A stretch of 63,740 nt of DNA, filler included, from Welwitschia mirabilis (lineage: Eukaryota), in the NCBI GenBank assembly GCA_051453625.1. It is 5 parts of one record of this genome, joined end to end, with 100 filler letters (N's around TTAATTAATTAA, not from the genome) between each part and the next. Parts side by side here need not be neighbours in the genome. Positions count along the whole stretch, not along the records: positions 27,995 to 53,920 come from JBOZIK010000001.1; positions 54,021 to 57,795 come from JBOZIK010000001.1; positions 57,896 to 61,847 come from JBOZIK010000001.1; positions 61,948 to 63,740 come from JBOZIK010000001.1; 1 more part is not named here. One strand, 5' to 3'. The notes beneath the pieces were generated by a model. That model did no database searches. It was not told the origin of the DNA and saw nothing but the letters and a program-made list of their open reading frames with translations. The stretch's first letter is position 1. Every line of letters begins with the position of its first letter. The position numbers and the translations under genes are program-made. Shown here piece after piece: positions 53,101-63,740 of this stretch.

Positions 53101-53773
53101 AAAGTTTTTTTGCATGTCTTGAAGCATGATTTGGCAAGGGAATCAAAAGATTGAAGGAAAAACAGTGCATGCTGAATCATGTTGGACAAGAGAGTCCAAA
53201 CGTGGTTTGAGCTATGAAGCCTGAGAGGGCTATTACGATTGTTAATTGTTGGAACGTTAGAATAGAATGAGTAAATGTTTGACTTGAAGTGACTCTGAAG
53301 CTGGATGGAGAATCTAACTGCCATCTGATTATTGTAGCATTTTTTATTTACTGTTGTAGTGGGACTGAATGAATCATACAGTTAGTATCGGTGGAATAAA
53401 AGGTCATTTTTTGGTTGGATTTTCCAGAAGTGTGTCCCGGCCACTATAGAACCAGGTTATTTGATTTTCAGATGGAAAAAAAAAATATGGCAAAACAAAC
53501 ACTGCATAAAATAAAAAAAGGACTCTTCAATAGTCAAGAAGGATATTATCAGTCATAACATCTTTCTCGCCTCTATTCCTGCTGCTATCCAATTCTCTCA
53601 GAATTTCAGGAGTAACCTGTATGAAAATATCATTTCATTCGTAAACAACTCTTTTAAATACTCAAATCATACTTTAATTAATCATAATGAAATTGTTTAC
53701 CAAGTAATGCTTCTGATATTTGACCAAGTTCTTCAAGCCATTCTTCTGATTCCTCAGCAACTCATTTTTGTAC
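50181..53773 (-). CDS. ENP1: Bystin (ENP1/BYSL), last three coding exons of an apparently intact gene: 53773-53701, 53616-53547, 50254-50181; upstream exons lie beyond the contig end
   Basis: Spliced translation (R)YKNELLRNQKNGLKNLVKYQKHYL|VTPEILRELDSSRNRGEKDVMTD|MSPVSVIKPIEEDRWDVPAVPMED* matches the plant bystin C-terminus. There are no internal stops and the phases are consistent (73, 70 and 74 nt). Confidence 0.92.
50255..53546 (-). other. U12-type (minor spliceosome) intron, AT-AG as read to the proximal exon copy
   Basis: The donor is |ATATCCTTCT at 53546. A branch-point-like TCTTTGAC lies 8 nt before TTTTAG| at 50255. I found no nearby GT donor that restores the frame. Confidence 0.85.
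50552..51630 (+). mobile_element. L1-type LINE ORF2 (RT) fragment, antisense within the bystin U12 intron
   Basis: EQAGFIKGRQIADQ...KLDISKTYDRINW before the gap; FLWAD...NWDTICK...GFKHLLGFNYALMGKLRW...PWVRAMVKKY after it. Confidence 0.88.
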
Positions 53774-55440
53774 CTGCATATTTCAAAATCAAAAACTTGC
53801 TATAAGATTTATTTCATGCATACATGCTATACTATATTCAGAATGAAGGAATCCTGCTCATATATAGTTTCGGTCAAAAGCAGTCCTTGTCTTCCAGGTA
53901 TTTTATTATAGGAAATGATANNNNNNNNNNNNNNNNNNNNNNNNNNNNNNNNNNNNNNNNNNNNTTAATTAATTAANNNNNNNNNNNNNNNNNNNNNNNN
54001 NNNNNNNNNNNNNNNNNNNNTAATCAAACCACAAAAGAAAACAAGAAGAATGGGCATAAGATAACATAAACAAAAGATAGTTCACCAATCTAATATTTTA
54101 ACTTAGTAGACCCTCATGAAAGTAATCATAAAATCTCTTGATGTAAAAAATGCATGACTTAATATACAAAAATTCCATTCGATAAGGTAGTGATTATGAC
54201 GATGCTAGAATAAAATTCTTTAAAGAATGAATGATCAAACCAAATAATTACTTAAAAATAAAATATNNNNNNNNNNNNNNNNNNNNNNNNNNNNNNNNNN
54301 NNNNNNNNNNNNNNNNNNNNNNNNNNNNNNNNNNNNNNNNNNNNNNNNNNNNNNNNNNNNNNNNNNNNNNNNNNNNNNNNNNNNNNNNNNNNNNNNNNNN
54401 NNNNNNNNNNNNNNNNNNNNNNNNNNNNNNNNNNNNNNNNNNNNNNNNNNNNNNNNNNNNNNNNNNNNNNNNNNNNNNNNNNNNNNNNNNNNNNNNNNNN
54501 NNNNNNNNNNNNNNNNNNNNNNNNNNNNNNNNNNNNNNNNNNNNNNNNNNNNNNNNNNNNNNNNNNNNNNNNNNNNNNNNNNNNNNNNNNNNNNNNNNNN
54601 NNNNNNNNNNNNNNNNNNNNNNNNNNNNNNNNNNNNNNNNNNNNNNNNNNNNNNNNNNNNNNNNNNNNNNNNNNNNNNNNNNNNNNNNNNNNNNNNNNNN
54701 NNNNNNNNNNNNNNNNNNNNNNNNNNNNNNNNNNNNNNNNNNNNNNNNNNNNNNNNNNNNNNNNNNNNNNNNNNNNNNNNNNNNNNNNNNNNNNNNNNNN
54801 NNNNNNNNNNNNNNNNNNNNNNNNNNNNNNNNNNNNNNNNNNNNNNNNNNNNNNNNNNNNNNNNNNNNNNNNAAGTAATTCCATATTAATCTTTTAAAGG
54901 GAAAAGATAAGAGAGAATTTAGAGAGCTTTGCTCATGAAATTTCAAATTTTTTCCATTTACTTCTTGCAATTCTCAAGAAGTCAAGTCAGAAATCTCAAT
55001 AGAGCCAAAACAAAAAAATGTATTTTTTCAAAATAACAAAAACATCAAAATTTTATTAACTATCGTCTTCTTGTTATCTAGATGACAGAGAGGATGACAA
55101 ATGGACAGAAACAAAAAATTATTAGAAGCAAAAATTTATGAGAAAACTGGAAAACATAATAAACCTGATTATCATCCACCTTATCGTGGGGNNNNNNNNN
55201 NNNNNNNNNNNNNNNNNNNNNNNNNNNNNNNNNNNNNNNNNNNNNNNNNNNNNNNNNNNNNNNNNNNNNNNNNNNNNNNNNNNNNNNNNNNNNNNNNNNN
55301 NNNNNNNNNNNNNNNNNNNNNNNNNNNNNNNNNNNNNNNNNNNNNNNNNNNNNNNNNNNNNNNNNNNNNNNNNNNNGCAGCAAAAGAAACATGGCTTCAA
55401 GATTTTTACAAAAATGAGGTCCAAACCAAATATTCACTAA

Positions 55441-57745
55441 CTAATAAAACATGAAATGTATGCAATCATTTTTTAGTAAAATCAATTGAAAGAAAAGAGA
55501 ATAAAAAGATAATGCCTTGATAGCACAATTTTCAGAATTCAAATAAGAAATAAAAGAATCATAAGTGTCATTGAAAAATGATCTCTTATGAAAATTTTTA
55601 GTATCTTGGGCATCATTGTGAAAGGCATATGAAAAAGGACTCAAAGAAAGTTTCTAATATGATTTTGAAGGATCTCTAAAATGTTTTTTACCATTTAATT
55701 NNNNNNNNNNNNNNNNNNNNNNNNNNNNNNNNNNNNNNNNNNNNNNNNNNNNNNNNNNNNNNNNNNNNNNNNNNNNNNNNNNNNNNNNNNNNNNNNNNNN
55801 NNNNNNNNNNNNNNNNNNNNNNNNNNNNNNNNNNNNNNNNNNNNNNNNNNNNNNNNNNNNNNNNNNNNNNNNNNNNNNNNNNNNNNNNNNNNNNNNNNNN
55901 NNNNNNNNNNNNNNNNNNNNNNNNNNNNNNNNNNNNNNNNNNNNNNNNNNNNNNNNNNNNNNNNNNNNNNNNNNNNNNNNNNNNNNNNNNNNNNNNNNNN
56001 NNNNNNNNNNNNNNNNNNNNNNNNNNNNNNNNNNNNNNNNNNNNNNNNNNNNNNNNNNNNNNNNNNNNNNNNNNNNNNNNNNNNNNNNNNNNNNNNNNNN
56101 NNNNNNNNNNNNNNNNNNNNNNNNNNNNNNNNNNNNNNNNNNNNNNNNNNNNNNNNNNNNNNNNNNNNNNNNNNNNNNNNNNNNNNNNNNNNNNNNNNNN
56201 NNNNNNNNNNNNNNNNNNNNNNNNNNNNNNNNNNNNNNNNNNNNNNNNNNNNNNNNNNNNNNNNNNNNNNNNNNNNNNNNNNNNNNNNNNNNNNNNNNNN
56301 NNNNNNNNNNNNNNNNNNNNNNNNNNNNNNNNNNNNNNNNNNNNNNNNNNNNNNNNNNNNNNNNNNTTTGATTTAGAACATGGATCCTTAAGGAGAAAAC
56401 AAGGCTTTTTCAATTTTGCATACTTACATGACAATCTGTTTCCATAAGCATTAATGTAAGAGATAAAAGTTCATATAACTCATAGAAAAAGAATCTCTTA
56501 TCAAACTTATGATGTGAAGGATTTGAAACATAAATTGTATTTAGAGCTTAATATTGAACATGAAAGGCTTCATTTAATATCCAAGGATTTATAAAAAACT
56601 TCTTAGGGNNNNNNNNNNNNNNNNNNNNNNNNNNNNNNNNNNNNNNNNNNNNNNNNNNNNNNNNNNNNNNNNNNNNNNNNNNNNNNNNNNNNNNNNNNNN
56701 NNNNNNNNTTTTGCATAAGCACATGACATTTTTTTTCCATAAGTATTAATGTAAGAGACAAAAAATTCATACAACTCATGGAAAAACAATCTCTTATCAA
56801 ACTTATGACGTGAAGGATTTGAAACATAAATTGTATTTAGAGCTTAATATTGAACATGAAAGGCTTTATTTAATATCCAAGTATTTGTAAGAAACTTCTT
56901 AGTGTAAGAGATTAAGATAGGTTTAACATACCTAAGAACCTTTTTAATATTTAATTTCAAACATGGATTGGGATAAAGAAGATATGATTTTCCCCAATTA
57001 AGAATTCCAAGATATTCCAAATTTTATTTTTGAAAAAAATGACTAATAGAAGCACATGATAAAGTTGACTTTGCAAATGAGGAAAAGATATTATTTTTTG
57101 CACATGAAGTTATAAAAGGAAGAGGTTGGGAGATTTTTGAACTCAAGTCCTTAAGATGATGTGGCTCATACTTTCAAGGACAAAAATGTGATTTAGAGAG
57201 GTACTTGTTTGAATACTTTCTTCATTGATTATATCTTCCTCTTCTTTATGATTAATAATTTGTTACTTTTTATTTTGTTGAGAATCATTATTCTTTTCTA
57301 AGTTGGTGGATTCCTCAAAAATATCATTAGAAATATTGTAGAAAGGAAAGGTCTCATTATTTGATGAAAGATATTCTAATGTTTCTTGGCTTGATTCCTC
57401 TTTCTCTCTANNNNNNNNNNNNNNNNNNNNNNNNNNNNNNNNNNNNNNNNNNNNNNNNNNNNNNNNNNNNNNNNNNNNNNNNNNNNNNNNNNNNNNNNNN
57501 NNNNNNNNNNCTTTCTCTCTAAATAACGTCATTAATTCTAAACTATAATCCTCAGTTAACTTGAGTTGATCATTTTCTATTGATTCTGTTTTAATGCTTA
57601 TCTCCATTAATTTCAAAAGTTGAATCTCATATATCGGTGGAACTTCTTCATCTTTATAAAACATGTGAAAGTTTAGGATATGATCTAAGATTTCAATTCC
57701 ATTTTCTTCTTCATCGTATTCACTATTCTCATCATTTTGTTGCAT
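55441..57745 (-). pseudogene. Unidentified decayed ORF with an acidic N-terminal part and repeated peptide units, probably retroelement-derived
   Basis: Acidic ORF 57263-57745, then frames repeating AFH...(K/N)F(D/H)KRxFFxxxYxxFxSYxN at ~56870-56740, ~56570-56450 and ~55630-55535. The contig is heavily gapped. Confidence 0.4.
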
Positions 57746-59136
57746 GTTATTGCTTTCATTAGAAGGGGAAATGTGATCATCATTTCTATCATAGANNNNN
57801 NNNNNNNNNNNNNNNNNNNNNNNNNNNNNNNNNNNNNNNTTAATTAATTAANNNNNNNNNNNNNNNNNNNNNNNNNNNNNNNNNNNNNNNNNNNNAAGTT
57901 TTTACATTTAAAGAGATCCTGTCATTTATAACTAAAATAGATAACTTACATAATACATCACATTAGTATAATGGAAGTAGACATGAATGTCATATTATCA
58001 TTAAAGTCTATGAATATGAGACTTAAGTTGCTTTGTAAAGGAATATAGGAACCAAAAATAAATAACAAACTCAAAGAAATAAAGTATAATGCATAATGCA
58101 AGATGAAACTATTCTAAATGCAAATGCAAAATGGAACTAAATCTACTTGCTTTTAGCCTTAACAAAGGCTACCTTTGATAATCTATATCATTTAATAAAT
58201 TATCATTAGATCAAGGGCAACATATACTATAAGGATCATCAAATAATCTATAATGAAAATATGAAAATAAAACAAATTTTATATTAAGAAAGAGTAACAA
58301 GCATCTTAATTACAAATAGCTGGGTATTAATGGAGAATACACAACCCTTCACCAAGTGCACATCTTTCTACAATGATCAAATAGATCTCCCACCCTTTTA
58401 TCTCCTGTCACAAGAATTTTTGGTGCAACAAAGATGAGAAGAAGAGTCAAATGGGGATTTATTTATAACAACTCCTAGAAAAAAAAGACAAATGATAAGT
58501 CTATTTAGGTGTATTCATTTATAACTTAGAAATAAATGAAATGATTAAGGATAGCTATTAGAGTCAGTTACAATACAGACAACAAGAGGGATGATAGAAC
58601 ATTATAGAATATAACTTAGATCAATGACTCATCAGTGATTCAATGGTCCACATCAGTAGTTATCATTCTACCTATCATGAAGATGACGAAGCGGATGTCT
58701 TCTTTTGTCATTTTCTTAAAGAGAACTTTAGAATTTTTGTCAATAATCCTTCTTCAAAGCTTTGTGTATCAAAAAGTGCCTTTAACACATCAAATTTGGA
58801 TAAGAATCACACTTTTCCAAGATTTCCTCTTGTATCTTCAAAATCCTCAGAATTGCACCTAAACNNNNNNNNNNNNNNNNNNNNNNNNNNNNNNNNNNNN
58901 NNNNNNNNNNNNNNNNNNNNNNNNNNNNNNNNNNNNNNNNNNNNNNNNNNNNNNNNNNNNNNNNCATCAAATTTGGATAAGAATCACACTTTTCCAAGAT
59001 TTCCTCTTGTATCTTCAAAATCCTCAGAATTGCACCTAAACTTATATAAAAGTCCTGTAAAACAACTTATAAAACCCCATCAAATAACCATAAATTGACA
59101 ATGAAATGGGAACTAATAAGGCTAAGTGGGGGGCTA

Positions 59137-60862
59137 TGTTATGATGCCAAATTATATGTATTTAATAGGGTATTTTTAATACTTCTATAGGACATTTAGA
59201 TAGGTCTAAGTGGAGTTTCAATAATTATAGAGAACCAATGAAATAATTACAAAAATATGCAATCCTTAACATATTTGAAGGCATTTTAGGTAAAATTATA
59301 ATACTTATCATTATGAGGAGGATCCTAGTAAACCAAAAGGCTAATTTTCCTTAATTGAAGAACTTAGGAGAATGTCATTTACATCATTGTCTGGACAACA
59401 GTTACTAGATGATAGTACATTTAGAGCTAATAGGGATGATGACATGGAATAGGACTTAAACCTGATAAGTCATCTTTTATTATGGAGTGTCAACTCCATA
59501 ATTATATAAATGATAATCAGGAACATGATTATTTTATACAACAAATGAATTATCTTTATAATGAAATCATGCATCTCATGTTAGTTGCTAGGGTTTCATT
59601 TTTAACTTTTAGGGTTTTATTCCAAAATATTTCATGTAAAACTATAAATACCTCCTTGTCCTTACTCCCAAAACCATCTTTACATTAAAAAGTCTTGTGA
59701 TAGGAGATTGAAAGGAAAGAGATCTATACTAGCTACATAGAAAAGTATTCCTTGGTTTTAGGCTATGCATTCTTCATTAAGGTGCTATTACTTTATAAGG
59801 AAATGTTTGATTTGAGATTAATAAANNNNNNNNNNNNNNNNNNNNNNNNNNNNNNNNNNNNNNNNNNNNNNNNNNNNNNNNNNNNNNNNNNNNNNNNNNN
59901 NNNNNNNNNNNNNNNNNNNNNNNNNTTAAGGTGCTATTACTTTATAAGGAAATGTTTGATTTGAGATTAATAAAAGATTGTTTTGCTTCTATTATATGAA
60001 TCTCCCTTATGGTTTATATTGGTTATGATTCCATGACAATTTCATAGTTCATCTAAATCATAAGGGAAACATTTGATATGTTAATATTGTTAGTTTAAGT
60101 ACTTGTATTTCATTTCATCTTATATTTTCATAGTTATAATAGTTGCATTTATTTATATTTTATTTAATGTGATTTATAGATTACATTAATTAAGGTTAAG
60201 TGATAGTTTTTTCTAATTAATCNNNNNNNNNNNNNNNNNNNNNNNNNNNNNNNNNNNNNNNNNNNNNNNNNNNNNNNNNNNNNNNNNNNNNNNNNNNNNN
60301 NNNNNNNNNNNNNNNNNNNNNNGTTGCATTTATTTATATTTTATTTAATGTGATTTAGAGATTACATTAATTAAGGTTAAGTGATAGTTTTTTCTAATTA
60401 ATCTAAGTTATACAGGCTGATGTTGGTAATAAAATGATTGATAATCAATAATAGATTCATTACTTAAAGTTATTTCATATTTATAAGAATTACATTAGAA
60501 TTTATTTTGTGTTAAATTTTTACATTGATTCTTATTTTTATTTACTTAATAAAAAAAGACCAAAAATACTTCANNNNNNNNNNNNNNNNNNNNNNNNNNN
60601 NNNNNNNNNNNNNNNNNNNNNNNNNNNNNNNNNNNNNNNNNNNNNNNNNNNNNNNNNNNNNNNNNNNNNNNNNTATTTACTTAATAAAAAAAGACCAAAA
60701 ATACTTCATTAAAATCAATTCTCTAACTTTTACCTAGTGCCTTAAATGGACTATAACATTTCGATTAACTCTCATCTATACTAGTGTATGCTTTGTACAA
60801 GCATTTGTGATTTATAGGATCTTCTTAATGACTTAAGAATCGCATAAATTCACATTACAACA
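59137..60862 (+). repeat. 3' LTR of a gypsy-type (Tat/Ogre-like) element
   Basis: The PPT AAGTGGGGGGCTA lies immediately before TGTTATGATG. The LTR ends CATTACAACA (imperfect terminal inverted repeat). A TATA (CTATAAATA) lies at 59642. Confidence 0.7.
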
Positions 60863-60869
60863 TTTACCA

Positions 60870-61847
60870 AAATGAAAAAGACTCACAACCTTGAGTTAGC
60901 TTATGAATAATAAAATAATACTTATTAAAGAAGAAAATTCTTAATCTTTACTATAAGATTGATAAATTAACTATTAGATTAGAGAAATTAAACCATGAAC
61001 TACAAGATTCCTAGTTTATCAATAAGCTATTTACCTAAGGTAAGAGTTTGTTGAATATTATGCTTGGTAAATATGGAACACCCAATTATAGAAGTGGCTT
61101 AGGAAAGAACAATGTCTCAATAGGTCAATCTTAATAGAATTCTTAGACTATTTTCATAAGTTGAAAGAGAAAAAAAAAACAAGTTATGAGCACTTATTTT
61201 ACTTATAGAATATTATTTTCTTTCATTGTAATGGAAAAGAACATTATGAAGTGTTTTTCCATTATTTTTTAATAAATAGCATTACATTAACCAAGGCTAA
61301 AATACATGGAGATGAATAACAAGTCTATATAGCTAAAAAAAGAAGAAGTGGATGTGTAAGCAAAATAATACTCTTCTTGCTTAAATAGCNNNNNNNNNNA
61401 CGTAGATAGGAGATGCTCCATACACATGACTAATGAAAAATCACTATTCAACAATTTGATTGAGTGGAATTATGAAATATCATCATTTGGGGATAACACC
61501 AAAGCACTAAGTAGAGGCATAGACACAATTAGAGTTGTTAACCTCCAAAGAGCAAATAATATTTTTTATATGGTTGGTTTACACATAATTTTGTAGTGTA
61601 ATTTAGTTATATGATTTAAATTTTAATGTAAAATTTTTAAATGATAGTTGCTTTGTTAAAGTTTTTGCTTCTAATAAAATTTTATTTATGGATTAAATAG
61701 AGAACAACATAAGTAGCACTTCGTTTGGTAATAGTACCATAAAAAATGTGAAGAATTTTATTAGCACTATAGGTAATGTGAAGAAATGTCATAAGAAGAT
61801 GATCATGTAAACATGGATTTGACACAAATCCTATCCATCAAAAAACT
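60870..61847 (+). mobile_element. Sirevirus-like copia gag C-terminus and protease remnant
   Basis: LNIMLGKYGTPNYRSGLG; VDRRCSIHMTNEKSLF...SFGDNTKA...GIDTI; GLHIIL. Confidence 0.8.
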
Positions 61848-62114
61848 NNNNNNNNNNNNNNNNNNNNNNNNNNNNNNNNNNNNNNNNNNNNTTAATTAAT
61901 TAANNNNNNNNNNNNNNNNNNNNNNNNNNNNNNNNNNNNNNNNNNNNATTTCCTTAAATCCCACATTGATTAGGCATTTTGTTGTAGAGGACATGTGTCC
62001 TATAAATAAGTGGGTATTGTAAATGCTTTGATATATCGAATAAAAGAGGTTTCTCCCAATATTTCTTCAGTTACTAATGTATTCTGACCATACAAATGAG
62101 AAGTGTTTTGTTGC

Positions 62115-62922
62115 AGTTTTTGCAATTCTCAAAGTGCAGTTCAAAAAAAGATTTGAATCACTATGGATTTGTGATTCCAATGGAACTGCATTTACAAAGG
62201 CCAATATTGTGATTTAAGGCGGAATGGTGATTCTCACGATTCCTATGATTCCACTTTGTTTGGGATTGTACAGTGATGTTGATAGAATGAAAGACAAAAA
62301 AAAAAAAGAAAAAAAGTTTAGTCCAATGCATTTCTAACACATTTTCAGAATTCTGGAGTTCAATTTAGAGATATAGAAAGCTTTCAAAGATCAATCTTTT
62401 GGATTTTAGATCAAATCTATCAATTGAAAGTGAATTTCTTTACCTATTTCTATGACATAAAAAGTACATCAGCATGTCCCTATTCTGTCCTTTGATCATT
62501 TCTCTTCTCAATTATTTTGTTCTTTTCTATTTCTTTTCTCTATTATTTTTTCCATCATTTGTTCCTTTTCATTTCTACCATGTTGTTTTGAGGGACACTA
62601 CTTTTTGCACATATGTAATTCCAATGAAGTATGGACACAAATATTTTGAAAACGATAAAATGTCAGTTTAGCAAATGCTGAAAAAAACATTCATATAATT
62701 CCAAGTACTTATGTGTTTAGTTTATATTGACCCTTTTAAGTTGTTTTTTGGCTTTATAATCTATTTGATTTAAATATATAATGAGAAAACTAAAACGCTA
62801 GTGATATTTTTATGTACTTTGAACTTCGTGATTCCATGGGGTTCCCTCTTGCAATTGCGGTGATTCTTGTGATTTGAATCTTGAAAATGAAAAGGCGATT
62901 CTGCATCTCGGTCTGCAAACTA
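62115..62922. mobile_element. Possible non-autonomous DNA transposon (hAT/MITE-like)
   Basis: Imperfect terminal inverted repeats (CAGTTTTTGCA...TGCAAACTA) with subterminal clusters of (C/T)GATTC motifs at both ends. No TSD was seen. Confidence 0.35.
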
Positions 62923-63740
62923 AAGTATGATTGAGACTAATGAAGCCAAAGTTTCTTATATGATTTGTCTTTGGAAATCCTCATCCCTAAGTTTATTTTT
63001 AAAAGTAACATAACATAAAGGCCAAAAAAGACCTTTTTCATGGTCTTGTTGCACTAGTAAATCTTCTTCCTAAATGGGAAGGTATGTGAAGCTTTTCCTC
63101 AACTTCAATATCTCTTAGGCATTTGAGGTTATTTTGAATAGGTTGAGTGTTTTCAATTTTGCCATGAAATTGCTCATGATCCTTGTCACCAATATGATTT
63201 GATCTTTAATAGACTTGTGTAGGATGCTAGGATATGTGCTTTGAATTTCCTCTTATGGCCTGTATTGTGTGTTATCTTTATGAATGTCTATGTCTAGTGA
63301 CGTAAATGTTGACAATTAATTTATATTGATGGCATTATGAAGTCGTGTCAGGCAGACATGTTGCCATCTTGGTGCAAAATGCTAGTGATTGTTTTTTATT
63401 TAAAAATTAAGGGAAATTCCTTGCTTACAACATATGAGTCTACAACAAACATACCATTAAGTGTCATTAAGTCCTATGCTGTCATTACAAAATAGGCGAA
63501 AAGACTAATAGCTAGGTGGCCTACTATGTAGCACATAGCACTCAACAAAACCACAAACAAAAACCAAGCAACATTAACATGCAACATTCCATCATCTTGT
63601 GCCACTACTGGATGGATTGCCCTTCCCTCTCATGGCCTTTAGCTTTTTCTTGTATGTTTGTGCCTCTCCATGTGCTTAAGGGGTCTCTTCCCAAGGAGCA
63701 ACAAATTGTTGTGCATCCTACTCTAGTGGTAAAAGCTTCT

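Noticed and set aside
53527-53537. 11-mer TTGACTATTGA shared between the U12 donor region and the distal exon copy's acceptor
   Set aside because: It is short, AT-rich and same-sense, and cannot be distinguished from chance without alignment to relatives.
50658-56434. Long ORFs in the track made mostly of X
   Set aside because: They are open only because N runs contain no stops.
58785-60707. Direct repeats flanking 100-N gaps (58785/58964, 59776/59926, 60143/60323, 60539/60674; also near 10717/10838)
   Set aside because: Identical or nearly identical overlaps either side of fixed-size gaps are typical of unmerged contig ends.

Overview
Very AT-rich plant nuclear DNA from a fragmented draft assembly. 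It contains five contigs joined by an artificial N44-TTAATTAATTAA-N44 spacer, plus many ~100-N gaps. Most of the window is decayed, nested retroelements: a Tekay/Del chromovirus (1-8479), a pol-less Sirevirus-like copia element with an extra ORF (15562-24156), several other copia remnants, L1-type LINE fragments and LTRs. The only recognisable host gene is bystin (ENP1/BYSL, a 40S ribosome biogenesis factor), present as two or three copies. One is a decayed, intron-containing pseudogene on + (9083-14043). A further + exon lies at 28061-28205. The last three exons of an apparently intact copy lie on - (53773-50181). The most notable feature is in that intact copy. Its last intron has a U12-type (minor spliceosome) ATATCCTT donor, and its terminal exon is tandemly duplicated with its branch point. 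The proximal copy has an AG acceptor and an open frame; the distal copy has an AC acceptor and a premature stop. The same intron also carries a fossil exon of an unidentified gene and a LINE. All identifications are by eye from motif recognition, no searches were run, and boundaries of decayed elements are approximate.
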